DNA from: Eledone cirrhosa | Lineage: Eukaryota | Direction: 5' to 3' | NCBI GenBank assembly: GCA_964016885.1 | Contig: OZ024765.1 | Location: 3,658,001 to 3,722,000 of the forward strand | Length of the DNA stretch: 64,000 nt | Shown here: one piece after another, positions 1 through 13,573 of the stretch | Numbering within the stretch: position 1 is the stretch's first letter | Layout of the letters: every line of letters starts with the position of its first letter | The notes under the pieces: model-generated | Databases searched by the model: none | Told to the model about the DNA's origin: nothing | Seen by the model: the letters and a program-made list of their open reading frames with translations, nothing else | Position numbers and translations under genes: made by a program

Positions 1-199
1 AAATACGTACAACATGCCACCCCGGTTCCCGGGGGACTGAGCCCTAATTCTACAAACATAAACAACCTCAACTATTGCCACTGTATCTCTCATATATAAT
101 TAACCCTGTGGACTGACAAACAGAGGTGGATGGTGGATATAGGAGTACGAGCTTGAAGCAAGGCGGTGGAGCAACCAGGCAACAGTGAAACAACGTAAG

Positions 200-241
<42 letters not shown>

Positions 242-244
<3 letters not shown>

Positions 245-343
245 GGTGTCGCCCCCAAAATGTATATACACTTTGATTACGTGTACAGGCAATATTTATT
301 AGAATGGTGTTTTTGAAGTGTGTATACATTTGGGGACACCCTG
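242..343. mobile_element. Tc1/mariner-type MITE
   Basis: Terminal inverted repeats CAGGGTGTC...GACACCCTG in a TA tract; second copy in opposite orientation at 40721-40819. Confidence 0.7.
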
Positions 344-493
344 TGTATAATATATATATATATATATACATACATACACACAAACACACCTTCATATATG
401 CCTTCATATGTTTATATATATATATATATATATTTGCTCGACGAGGCCAGGGTCATCGCAAGCCAGCGATCCCAAAGCATCTTCGTGCGTAGA

Positions 494-563
<70 letters not shown>

Positions 564-730
564 CGAAGGAGTTGTAGTAAGGAACCAGGTGGACCATAAC
601 GCCCCAGAGTACTCAATACTTTGGGTAGTAGAGTGGGTAATGGCAAAATGTACGACCCCGGCGACAGAACTCAAGCCGTTTCGACGGCTATTTGTGGGTC
701 CAGAAATAGTCGTCGAGGGTCATACATTTT

Positions 731-767
<37 letters not shown>

Positions 768-778
768 TTAATATAGAT

Positions 779-827
779 GAGATTCTACAGGACTAGAACT
801 GTTTCATTCATTTGAAATCATCAGGAA

Positions 828-831
<4 letters not shown>
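779..831 (-). ncRNA. Type I hammerhead ribozyme motif (Penelope pLTR-like)
   Basis: Minus strand reads GAGAUUC-CUGAUGA-UUUCAAAUGAAU-GAAA-CAG-UUCUAGUC-CUG-UA-GAAUCUC: 7-bp stem I, intact core, short stem II, 3-bp stem III, GUA triplet. Confidence 0.7.
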
Positions 832-867
<36 letters not shown>

Positions 868-1174
868 AAATCAGAGAAGTATTAGATACATGGTATGATG
901 TAAAGTGTGTATATTAGTAAAAGTGGACAATCTACCGCGATCTTAGGCGACAACTAGCCGAAACCGCATGAGTTCGCGGTCGATCCTCTACTTCACGAAT
1001 ATATATATATGTATATATATATATAGACATATATATATATATATATGTATCAGGGGCGAAGGGTCCGTGCATGCAACGCATGCAGTGCATGCGTTATAGA
1101 ATCTTGAGTTGATCAATTGCGTCGGTTGAAGCAGAATTTTGGCTGCTTGCTAAAACGTATAGACACAAAAAAAG

Positions 1175-1248
<74 letters not shown>

Positions 1249-1699
1249 CGACACAGCTTTGGGGCAAGCAGAATTTTGACTGCTTACTAAATCGTAGACA
1301 CATAAAAAGATAACACACACACACACACACGCACACTAGATAACACTACATGCGGCTTTGACCGGGAGGGTCATTTAGAGGGAATTGGGGTGGGGGTGGG
1401 GGTGGTAAGGCTGCACAGCCCCACTTTCCGCCATGGTGATTGGACTGCATGCCCTGCTTTCCAGGTTACCCTTCACCACTGATATGTATATATAACAAGT
1501 CTGATGAGCAGATCGATCTGTGAAACTGTTGTGACTATAAAGACCTTAATGTGAACCTTGCTTATATATATACATATATATATATATAGTGGTAAAAAAA
1601 AACTCCTAGGAGAGCCGAACAGAAGAAGGTCTTCAGAGAAGACGTCTCTTCCCCAGCAAGGGTTTTGGCCCTTAATATAAATATAGAGGAAGGTAAAAA

Positions 1700-1999
1700 C
1701 CCGACCACGTTGCCTAGTTCTTTCGGCTCGCCGAAAACGCTTGGCATCGCAGTGGGGTTTTATACTTTCCTCTATACCCACTCTGCTTCTTTCCATGCAT
1801 AAACCCTGATTTGTGGTCTCCCCGGTCTCGGCATTACAGACTTTATATATATATACATATATGAAATATATTCGGACCCCAACGGCCGAGCTTCTGCCGT
1901 TTAAACAACTAAATCGGAACATTCGGATCTAGTTGTTGAAACAGCAGTAGCTCATCCATCGGAGTCCGATTTTTTTTTTTTCATACAGGTTAAAATACG
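1700..1999 (+). promoter_or_regulatory. Putative STK16 promoter and non-coding first exon
   Basis: Local CpG enrichment and a strong donor ACG|gtaagt at 1999/2000; the first coding exon has an acceptor at 4629. Inference only. Confidence 0.4.
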
Positions 2000-2029
2000 G
2001 TAAGTCCATATAAGGGACGAAACGATCGG

Positions 2030-4159
2030 AGAAGCTCTGATTAACTTCTTTAGGTTCCAATTGAGGAGGAAAATCAGGGTAGAGAGAGAGAAGATCTACT
2101 TTCAAAGCAATTTGTTGAAAGGTGGATGAGAGATGCGAGTATGGCCCAAGTGAATGGGTCCACTCCGACTGTGAGCCTGTAGATTGTAGGAGTACTATTG
2201 GGACAGGGCATTTACCCTAAAGATCAGAGCATCTGTGGTTTTATGGGGGGTTTTTTTTCCATGAATGGCCCTCAAACGTCTCCTCCTTATTGAGGACCTG
2301 TCTCTGTTTTAATTTTATCTTTTTTTTTTACATTGTTAAAATTTGTTTACACCCCCCCCCCCCCCCCACATACACACACACACACACACACACTCACTCT
2401 CTCTATGATTTTGTCCTGTACTGTCCTAATGTTTTTTTGATGTAAACCCTTTGTGGTTAATAAAGAAACCATTATTATTATTATTGTGGATGCGGTGGAT
2501 TGGCAGTATCGGTAGAGGGTCGGACGACATGCTTTGCAGCAAAGAGTTACGGCCCTTTATGATTTGAGTTCAAATCCCGCCGAGGTTAACTTTGCCTTTC
2601 ATCCTTACGGGGGTCGATAAAATAAAGTACCAGTCATGCACTGGGTAATTGCTGGCCTTGTGCCAAAACGTAGAAACAATTATTATTATTATTGTGAATG
2701 GGCCTACTCTGACCATGCGCCTATAGGCTAGCTAATTTGAGGAGGAGAGGGGGTGCTCTCCCCGGGTGCCCTCTCCCCAAGTGCCCTAGAAGCACAGGGT
2801 GGTTCAGGATTGGTGGGGTACATCCCTGAGTCGTCCACCCCCCTGAGTCGTCCACCCCCCTAAAGGGGAATTTATTTTGCTATATTTATGCATTGTTTAT
2901 TTTATATTTTTATGTCTTCATTGTTAAATTAGTCTTGCCATTGTGCACTTTTACTCGACCTTATTGTAAACCCCCCACTGTCCCTGTCACTGTATTGTCC
3001 CCTACATGTCGGCCCTTATGGCCAATAAATGAAATCATTATTGTTATTATTATTATAATAGTATGGTGGATGCGTTTGAAAGGGCTGAAGACGAGCACTT
3101 AGCTCTTCGGTGATGCCCTGATTAACTTTTTCAAATTTCATTTTAAAAAGGAAAATCAGGGTGAAGAGGGAAGTACTCCCTTCCCAGCATTTTGTTGAAA
3201 GATGGCTGAGAGAGGCAAGCATGGCCCGAGTGAATGGGCCTACTCTGAGTATATGCCTGTAAATTGAAGGTGGAAAACTGGGAGAGGGCACTTGCCCTGG
3301 TGGTCAGGGTCACCGTGGCTTTTTTTAATGGGCTTTCTCCACAATGGCCCTCGGAAGTCTCCCCCCCTATTGGGGAATTTTTCATGTTTCTTTTTTTGTT
3401 ACATCTTCTGTTTTTTGTTTTTTTTACATGCAGAAATGCCCATTTGTACCATCCTGCATTGTCCTGTACTGTCCTTAATGTCTACTTTGTGTCAACCCTT
3501 GTGGTTAATAAAGAAAGCATTATTATCGTTTGCCCTGGTGGTCAGGGTGGCCGTGGTCTTTTGTGTGGTTTTCGCCACGAGTAACCCTCGGAGGTTTCCC
3601 CCCTATTGGGGAATTTTTCATTGTTTCAATTTTCATTTTAATTGTTTATATATATATATATGTTTCTATGTCCTTTTTTTTTTTCTTCTTTTCTTACTCT
3701 TTTACTCTTTTACCCGTTTCAGCCATCCGGCTGAGGCCATGCTGGGGCACCGCCCTTCTTATATAAATAATAAAAATCTTTACACGAACAAAACCCACAT
3801 CGTACCGTCCTGTACCGTCTGTAATGTTTTTCTTGATGTCAGCCCTTGTGGCCAATAAAGAAATCATTATTATTATTATTATTACCCAGGTTAACTTTGC
3901 CTTTCATCCTTACGGGCTCGATAAAATAAAGTACCAGTAATGCATTGGGGTCGATTTATTCGCCTTTTCCTTCCCCTTAAAAAAAATTGCTGGCCTTGTG
4001 CCTAAATTAGAAACAATTATTATTATTATTATTATTATTTATTTTATTACATCCTCTGTTTTTTTTACACGCAGAAATGTCCATTTGTACCGTCCTGTAC
4101 CCTCCTGTACCGTCCTGTATTGTCTACTTTATGTAAACCTTTGTGGTTAATAAAGAAAA

Positions 4160-4195
<36 letters not shown>
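2030..4195 (+). mobile_element. Stack of 5'-truncated Tx1-like LINE 3' ends with interspersed SINEs
   Basis: Repeated ...ggcccgagtgaatgggcc... and ...gtggytaataaagaaa(att)n blocks matching the 3' end of the LINE at 4800-6115. Confidence 0.7.
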
Positions 4196-4196
<1 letters not shown>

Positions 4197-4708
4197 GCAG
4201 CTGTTGCAGCCACTACAATTAGGACCAGTACCAACAGCTGATGTAACAGCTGCAACAACAGTGGCAACAGCAACATCATCAACATCAACAACTAAATCAG
4301 CAGGAATATTAACAAAGTCCCCTCTCTCTCACTCACCCTCTCTCACTCACTCACCCAATCGCTCTCACCCTCGACCTTTCTCACTCACCCTCTCTCTCTC
4401 ATCCTCTCTCTCCCTCATACTCACCCAATCTCCCTCACCCTCTTACTCTCATACTCTCTCTCTCTCACTAAATCTCCCGCCTCCCTCTTTCTCATCCTCT
4501 CTCTCTTTCTGTGTGTGTGAACTCCTTCCAAGTTCTCTCTGCCCCCAATTTAATACAGACTCCTGCACCTCCAACACCCACCCTCAAACCCCACCCCCAG
4601 CAACACTAACCCCTCACATATCTCTTCAGTGTAATATTCTATAATTAAACTGAATCCATTAACCAAGGGATGCCTTTGAATTCCTTTGGGATTGACTTAT
4701 TACTAAAG

Positions 4709-4785
4709 ATGGGTTGTGTCTGTGGCAAAGAGATGATTTTCATCAACAACCGACGCTTCTACGTCAGATCAAGTCTCGGTGAAGG
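4709..4785 (+). CDS. STK16: Serine/threonine kinase 16 (NAK family), coding exon 1
   Basis: ATG at 4709 gives MGCVCGKEMIFINNRRFYVRSSLGEG (N-terminal Gly/Cys acylation motif, start of the Gly-rich loop). Donor GG|gtatgt at 4785/4786; upstream acceptor tctcttcag ends at 4629. Confidence 0.9.
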
Positions 4786-4799
4786 GTATGTATTGTTAT

Positions 4800-6115
4800 T
4801 GTTATTCTACCGCCTAACCATCGTGCCTTGCCCCCGGCCGCGCCTCGTCAAGTTGGAACGGCTTCTCTTCAAATTCTTGTGGAGGGGACAAGTTCCGTTG
4901 GTGAGGCGGTCCATCTGCTGCCAGCACCCTCTACGCGGAGGGCTGGGCATGCCGTGGCTAATGATGCGCAGACATGCGTTGAGGCTGCGCCATCTCCAGA
5001 TATTCTGCTTCAATGGTGAACAGGTGTGGTCGCCGTTTATCAGACGGGCCTTTCCGCAGCTCATTTCTTTGACTGAGCTGCAGTCCTGGGTCAAGAAGAG
5101 ACCAAGACTGGGTGACTGGCAGGCACTCACTGCCCTCTACCAAGCGGGCAATGCGATCAATGGAACTTCCACTCTCGAGTTTTATAGAGGATTAGTGGTG
5201 GACAAGTGCGATGACGCACTCGGAGAAGCTTTGGGCCTCGACGAAGTCGAACTGACCAGTCTGTACCGGAGGACTTTTGAGCCGGGGACGATGGACAATT
5301 TCCAGAAATCCCTCGCTTGGCAGTGCTACCGGGGGGGCACTGCCGGTTCGGGATAAACTCTACAGCCACGGAAGTGTTGTCAGACGGACCTGCCCAAGAT
5401 GCGCACAGAACGACGAAACCGTTCTGCACGCACTTGTCCAATGTCCGTGCATTACTGACTTGTGGAGTTATGTCGAACAGGTACTGTCGCGTGTGGAACG
5501 AATCCGGCTATCGGCCGAGTCCATAGTGAAGATCGAGCCGCCACCTTCCTTAGGTCAGGAAGAGCAGGAAATTTTCCTCTGTCTGGTGGCAGTTGCGAAA
5601 GAGATTATATGGTCGACCAGGTTGAAAGGACTAAAGACAGACACTTTTCTCTTCGGCCAATCCCTCATCAACTTCTTCAAGTTTTACCTGGAAAGGAGGG
5701 TGAGGGTGGAGAGAGAAGTGCTGCCCCCCCCCCCGGTACATTTGCTAAAAGGTGGGTGAATGTGGCGAGAATGGCTCGTGTGAATGGGCCTACTCTGACC
5801 ATGCGCCTATAGGCTGGCTAACTTGAGGAGAGGGGTGCTCTCCTGGGTGCCCTAGAAGCGCAGGGTGGTTCAGGATTGGTGGGGTACCCGAATCACCCCA
5901 GGGTCGTCCACCCCCTATCGGGGAATTTATTTTGTTATATTTATGCATAGTTTTTTTAATATTTTTAGATTTTCATTGTTAAATTAGTCTTGCCATTGTG
6001 CACTTTTACTCGACCTTATTGTAAACCCCCACTGTCCCTGTCTTTGTATCGTCCCCTACATGTCGGCCCTTGTGGCTAATAAATGAAATCATTATTATTA
6101 TTATTATTATTATTA
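4800..6115 (+). mobile_element. 5'-truncated Tx1/L1-clade LINE (ORF2 C-terminus, frameshifted)
   Basis: FKFLWRG...PLRGGLGMP and zf-RVT-like LPVRDKL...CPRC...ETVLHALVQC. Frameshifts at G/C runs near 5335 and 5730; AATAAA and (ATT)n tail. Confidence 0.85.
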
Positions 6116-6116
6116 A

Positions 6117-6990
6117 GGGCGGTGGATTGGCAGTATCTGGAGAAGGTCGGACGCCATGCTTTGACGCAAAGAGTTACGGCCCTTTATGGTCTGAATTCAA
6201 ATACTGCTGAGCTTAACTTTGCCTTTCATCCTTACGAGGTTTATAAAATAAAGTACCAGTAATGTACTGAGGTCAATTTAATCGATTGGCCCTCCCTCTC
6301 CCAAAATTGTTGGCCTTGTGTCTAAATCAGAAACCAAGGGTTGGACACCATGCTTTGCAACAAAAAAGAGTTATGTCCCTTTATGGTCTGAGTTCAAATC
6401 CCTCCGAGGTTAACTTTGCCTTTCATCCTTACGGGGTCGATAAAATAAAGTACCAGTAATACACTGGGTAATTATTTTATTATCAGTAAAGCGTCAAACA
6501 TGCTTTGAGGCATAGAGTTACGACCCTTTACGTTCTGAATTCAAATACTGCTGAAACCAATGTTTGGACGCCATGCTTTGCAACAAAAAAGAGTTATGTC
6601 CCTTTATGATCTGAGTTCAAATCCCGCCGAGGTTAACTTTGCCTTTCATCCTTACGGGGTCGATAAAATAAAGTACCAGTAATACACTGGGTTAATTGCA
6701 GGCCTTGTGCCAAAAGTAGAAACAATTATTTATTCAACGTAATCCAACTTATTTTACAAAGAGGACAAAAAAATATATTCTGGAATCAGTCCCGCAACAC
6801 TTTCTTTATTATAGTTTACATTATCATACATAGGGCAGTGGATTGGCAACATTGTTAGAGCATTAGACGCCATGCTTTACAGAATGGAGTTATGACCCTT
6901 TACGTTCTGAGTTAAAATCCCACTGAGGTTAACTTTGCCTTTCATCCCCACGGGGTCGATAAAATAAAGCACCAGTAATACACTGGGGGT
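6117..6990 (+). mobile_element. Cluster of about four tRNA-derived SINEs (family B, Nin/Deu-domain-like core)
   Basis: A-box-like tggcagtatcgg, B-box gagttcaaatcc and core gttaactttgcctttcatccttacggggtcgataaaataaagtaccagt. Further copies at about 2489-2693, 19505-19680, 33357-33552, 49680-50010, 57275-57420 (+) and 34400-34575, 39080-39305, 56390-56710, 62440-62630 (-). Confidence 0.8.
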
Positions 6991-7029
6991 ACATTTAACC
7001 TTTTAGCATTTACATTACTCTATATTTGC

Positions 7030-7510
7030 TATTGTATATGTGTGTATATAATATTGTGTATATAATATGTGTGTATATAATATTGTTTATATAATGTGTG
7101 TGTATATAATATTGTGTATATAATGTGTGTGTATATAATATTGTGTATATAATGTGTGTGTATATAATGTGTATATAATGTGTGTGTAAATAATATGTGT
7201 GTATATAATATTGTGTATATAATATGTATGTATATAATATGTGTGTATATAATATTGTGTATATAATATTGTGTATATAATGTGTGTGTATATAATATTG
7301 TGTATATAATATGTGTATATAATATTGTGTATATAATGTATGTGTATATAATATGTGTGTATATAATATTGTGTATATAATATGTGTATATAATATGTGT
7401 GTATATAATATTGTGTAAATAATGTGTGTATATAATATTGTGTATATAATGTATGTGTATATAATATTGTGTAAATAATATTGTGTATATAATATTGTGT
7501 ATATAATATT
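7030..7510. repeat. Degenerate short tandem repeat (tatataatattgtg variants)
   Basis: Directly visible; follows a piggyBac-MITE left end at about 6995. Confidence 0.85.
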
Positions 7511-7613
7511 CACCTGAAACAATGTGTTGAATCTATGTGTTGTTTCTACATACACTTGGTAGCTGTATATTATACGCGCATGCATACATATATACACATA
7601 CAAATATATACAT

Positions 7614-7652
<39 letters not shown>

Positions 7653-7790
7653 CACATTAGGTCAAGTGTATATTATACATACACATACAAATATTTATAC
7701 AGACACACACACATATATATATATACACACACACACACATATATATATATAAATACACACACACACATATATATACACACACACATGCAC

Positions 7791-7821
<31 letters not shown>

Positions 7822-8445
7822 TATGATGACCTGGGATGAAGTGATAAAAGCCGATTTTACCCAATTACACCTCTCAAAGGCGATGACACACGACTGTGAC
7901 CTCTGGCGTCATGCAGTAATACAGAGTACCCGACCTCCCATGGGTACAAGCTGAAGCATATAGACAATATGCCCCCACACACCCCACCGCAAGGTGGTCG
8001 TGGAGGTGCCACGGCAAAAAAGCACCCAGCCCACACTGTAAAGTGGACGTGTAGGCGCCACAAAAAAGCACCCAGCACTCACTGTAAATGAGGTTGGTGT
8101 TAGGAAGGGCATCCAGCTGTAGAAATCAAACCAAAATCAGTTCCTGTATGAGCAAGGCATGGTCAGCCGACCAGACACTGCCCACAACAGGACAACCCGT
8201 CTAACCCATGCTAGCGTGGAAGAACGGACGTAAAACGGTGATGATGATGATGATGATACATATATACACACACACATATATATACACACACTCACATATA
8301 TGTATATATACACACACACACTCACACACATATACACACACACATACACACACATATACACACACACACACATATATATATATATACACACACATATATA
8401 TATGTACACACATATATATACACACATATATATATATATACACAC

Positions 8446-8520
<75 letters not shown>

Positions 8521-8694
8521 CACACACACATATATATACACACACACACACATATATATATATACACACACTAGGTTAGGTGTAAGCTGTATTGTTAATG
8601 CGACCTTAATATTAAAACTGTTTTGTTCAGTTGTGACTAATCTCTCAGTTCTTATCTGATATACAGCATTGTATACACATATATATATATGTAT

Positions 8695-8742
<48 letters not shown>

Positions 8743-8759
8743 AATATATATATATATAT

Positions 8760-8815
<56 letters not shown>

Positions 8816-8899
8816 AGCACCTTTGGCATACGCTACTTGGCAAATAACTATATGTGTCACCTATCCTCCCCTTTTTTTCTCTTTCTCGATACGTAAATA

Positions 8900-8945
<46 letters not shown>

Positions 8946-9344
8946 GGCTTAGACCGGGTGATGTGTTGTTTCCTTGAGCAAGACACTTTATTTCACATTG
9001 CTCCAGTTTACTCAGCTGAAGAAATGAGATGATAGGGACTGGGGTCCCTATCATTCCACTGCAAAGTGGTCGTGGAGGTGCCACAGCAAAAAAGCACCCA
9101 GCACTCACTGTAAATGAGGTTGGTGTTAGGAAGGGCATCCAGCTGTAGAAATCAAGCCAGAATCAGTTCCTGTCCCACCCTTGCAAGCAGGGAAATGCGG
9201 ACTTAAAATGATGATGATGATGATGATATACACATATATGTATACACACATATATATATGATATATATATATACATATATATATGATGATGATGATGGCT
9301 GACCTTCTCGTTATCGCGTATGGCCATTGCACGATATACCATTA

Positions 9345-9875
9345 TTAATAATTTATCTTGACACCTACACAACCACTTTACAGAGGGCTGGGTGCTTTTT
9401 ATCTTGACACCTACACAACCATTTTACAGTGGGCTGGGCGCTTTTTGACTTGACACCTACAGGACCACTTTACAGAGGGCTGGGTGCTTTTTGTTGTGAC
9501 ACCTACACAACCACTTTACATTGGGCTGGGTGCTTTTTATTGTGACACCTACACAACCACTTTACAGAGGGCTGGGTGCTTTTTGTTGTGACACTTGCAC
9601 AACCACTTTGCAGTGTGGGCTGCGTTGTTTTTGTCATGACACCCACACAACCACTTTCCAGTGTGGGAAGGGTGCTTTTTGCCATGACACCTACACAACC
9701 ACTTTGCAGTGTGGGCTGGGTGCTTTTTGTTGTGACACCTACACAACCTCTTTACAGTGTGGACTGGGTGCTTTTTGTTGTGACACCTACACAACCTCTT
9801 TACAGTGTGGGCTGGGTGCTTTTTGTTGTGACACCTACACAACCACTTTACAGTGTGGGCTGGGTGTTTTTTGCT
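9345..9875. repeat. 48-bp minisatellite derived from SINE family A
   Basis: Unit gtgacacctacacaaccactttacagtgtgggctgggtgctttttgtt is the reverse complement of an internal SINE A segment. Confidence 0.85.
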
Positions 9876-9904
9876 TGTTATAAGTGCTAATTACATATAA
9901 TTAA

Positions 9905-12900
9905 TTTTTGTTGACTTAATTAATGATGCTTATTATGATTGCTAATTACTTAGGACTTAATTAACGATTCCTGTTAGGTTTGCTAATTACTTAGTACTTA
10001 ATTAACGATGTCTGTTATGATTGCTAATTACTTAGGACTTAATTAACGATGCCTGTTATGATTACTAATTACTTAGTACTTAATTATCGATGCCTATTAT
10101 GATTGTTAATTACTTTGGACTTAATTAACAATGCATGTTATGATTGCTAATTACTAAGGACTTATTTAACAATGCCTGTATTGATAGCTAATTACTTAGG
10201 ACTTAATTATCGATGCCTGTATTGATAGCTAATTACTTAGCACTTAATTAACGATGTCTGTTATGATTGCTAATTACTTAGGACTTAATTAACGATGTTT
10301 GTTATGATAGCTAATTAGTTAGCACTTAGCACTTAATTAACGATGTCTGTTATGATTGCTAATTAGTTAGCACTTAGCACTTAATTAACGATGTCTGTTA
10401 TGATAGCTAATTACTTAGCACTTAATTAACGATGTCTGTTATGATAGCTAATTACTTAGCACTTAATTAACACTGTCTGTTATGATAGCTAATTACTTAG
10501 GACTTAATTAACGATGTCTGTTATGATAGCTAATTACTTAGGACTTAATTAACGATGTCTGTTATGATAGCTAATTACTTAGCACTTAATTAACGATGTC
10601 TGTTATGATAGCTAATTACTTAGCACTTAATTAACGATGTCTGTTATGATAGCTAATTACTTAGGACTTAATTAACGCTGTCTGTTATGATAGCTAATTA
10701 CTTAGGACTTAATTAACGATGTCTGTTATGATAGCTAATTACTTAGGACTTAATTAACGATGTCTGTTATGATAGCTAATTACTTAGCACTTAATTAACG
10801 ATGTCTGTTATGATAGCTAATTACTTAGCACTTAATTAACGATGTCTGTTATGATAGCTAATTACTTAGGACTTAATTAACGATGTCTGTTATGATAGCT
10901 AATTACTTAGGACTTAATTAACGATGTCTGTTATGATAGCTAATTACTTAGGACTTAATTAACGATGTCTGTTATGATAGCTAATTACTTAGCACTTAAT
11001 TAACGATGTCTGTTATGATAGCTAATTACTTAGCACTTAATTAACGATGTCTGTTATGATAGCTAATTACTTAGCACTTAATTAACGATGTCTGTTATGA
11101 TAGCTAATTACTTAGGACTTAATTAACGATGTCTGTTATGATAGCTAATTACTTAGGACTTAATTAACGATGTCTGTTATGATAGCTAATTACTTAGGAC
11201 TTAATTAACGATGTCTGTTATGATAGCTAATTACTTAGCACTTAATTAACGATGTCTGTTATGATAGCTAATTACTTAGCACTTAATTAACGATGTCTGT
11301 TATGATAGCTAATTACTTAGGACTTAATTAACAATGCCTGTATTGATAGCTAATTACTTAGGACTTAATTAACGATGCCTATTATGATTGCTAATTACTT
11401 AGGACTTAATTAACGCTGTCTGTTATGATTGCTAATTACTTAGGACTTAATTAACGATGTCTGTTATGATAGCTAATTACTTAGGACTTAATTAACGATG
11501 TCTGTTATGATTGCTAATTACTTAGCACTTAATTAACGATGTCTGTTATGATAGCTAATTACTTAGGACTTAATTAACGATGTCTGTTATGATAGCTAAT
11601 TACTTAGGACTTAATTAACGATGTCTGTTATGATAGCTAATTACTTAGGACTTAATTAACGATGTCTGTTATGATTGCTAATTACTTAGGACTTAATTAA
11701 CGATGTCTGTTATGATAGCTAATTACTTAGCACTTAATTAACGATGTCTGTTATGATAGCTAATTACTTAGCACTTAATTAACGATGTCTGTTATGATAG
11801 CTAATTACTTAGCACTTAATTAACGATGTCTGTTATGATAGTTAATTACTTAGCACTTAATTAACGATGTCTGTATTGATAGCTAATTACTTAGGACTTA
11901 ATTAACGATGCCTATTATGATTGCTAATTACTTAGGACTTAATTAACGCTGTCTGTTATGATTGCTAATTACTTAGGACTTAATTAACGATGTCTGTTAT
12001 GATTGCTAATTACTTAGGACTTAATTAACGATGTCTGTTATGATAGCTAATTACTTAGGACTTAATTAACGATGTCTGTTATGATTGCTAATTACTTAGC
12101 ACTTAATTAACGATGTCTGTTATGATTGCTAATTACTTAGGACTTAATTAACGATGTCTGTTATGATAGCTAATTACTTAGGACTTAATTAACGATGTCT
12201 GTTATGATAGCTAATTACTTAGGACTTAATTAACGATGTCTGTTATGATTGCTAATTACTTAGGACTTAATTAACGATGTCTGTTATGATAGCTAATTAC
12301 TTAGCACTTAATTAACGATGTCTGTTATGATAGCTAATTACTTAGCACTTAATTAACGATGTCTGTTATGATAGCTAATTACTTAGCACTTAATTAACGA
12401 TGTCTGTTATGATAGTTAATTACTTAGCACTTAATTAACGATGTCTGTATTGATAGCTAATTACTTAGGACTTAATTAACGATGCCTATTATGATTGCTA
12501 ATTACTTAGGACTTAATTAACGCTGTCTGTTATGATTGCTAATTACTTAGGACTTAATTAACGATGTCTGTTATGATTGCTAATTACTTAGGACTTAATT
12601 AACGATGTCTGTTATGATAACTAATTACTTAGGACTTAATTAACGATGTCTGTTATGATTGCTAATTACTTAGCACTTAATTAACGATGTCTGTTATGAT
12701 TGCTAATTACTTAGGACTTAATTAACGATGTCTGTTATGATAGCTAATTACTTAGCACTTAATTAACGATGCCTATTATGATTGCTAATTACTTAGGACT
12801 TAATTAACGCTGTCTGTTATGATTGCTAATTACTTAGGACTTAATTAACGATGTCTGTTATGATTGCTAATTACTTAGGACTTAATTAACGATGTCTGTT

Positions 12901-13573
12901 ATGATAGCTAATTACTTAGGACTTAATTAACGATGTCTGTTATGATTGCTAATTACTTAGCACTTAATTAACGATGTCTGTTATGATTGCTAATTACTTA
13001 GGACTTAATTAACGATGTCTGTTATGATAGCTAATTACTTAGCACTTAATTAACGATGTCTGTTATGATAGCTAATTACTTAGGACTTAATTAACAATGC
13101 CTGTATTGATAGCTAATTACTTAGGACTTAATTAACGATGCCTATTATGATTGCTAATTACTTAGGACTTAATTAACGCTGTCTGTTATGATTGCTAATT
13201 ACTTAGGACTTAATTAACGATGTCTGTTATGATAGCTAATTACTTAGGACTTAATTAACGATGTCTGTTATGATTGCTAATTACTTAGCACTTAATTAAC
13301 GATGTCTGTTATGATTGCTAATTACTTAGGACTTAATTAACGATGTCTGTTATGATAGCTAATTACTTAGCACTTAATTAACGCTGTCTGTTATGATAGC
13401 TAATTACTTAGGACTTAATTAACGATGCCTGTTATGATTGCTAATTAATTAGGACTTAATTAACGATGCCTGTTATGATAGCTAATTACTTAGGACTTAA
13501 TTAACGCTGTCTGTTATGATTGCTAATTACTTAGCACTTAATTAACGATGTCTGTTATGATTGCTAATTACAG
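9905..13573. repeat. 41-bp satellite array, roughly 89 copies, in STK16 intron
   Basis: Unit gacttaattaacgatgtctgttatgatagctaattacttag; runs directly into the exon 2 acceptor. Confidence 0.97.

Noticed and set aside
938-986. Hammerhead-shaped fold (GATC, GGC/GCC, GAAA, CCGC/GCGG, TC, GATC)
   Set aside because: The CUGANGA core is absent; at best a dead remnant, so not listed as a ribozyme.
7010-9032. Numerous YI/CV/HT-repeat ORFs here and throughout the window
   Set aside because: Translations of (TA)n and (CA)n microsatellites.
9905-13573. CRISPR-like regular array
   Set aside because: Units are contiguous with no unique spacers, the context is eukaryotic, and there are no cas genes.
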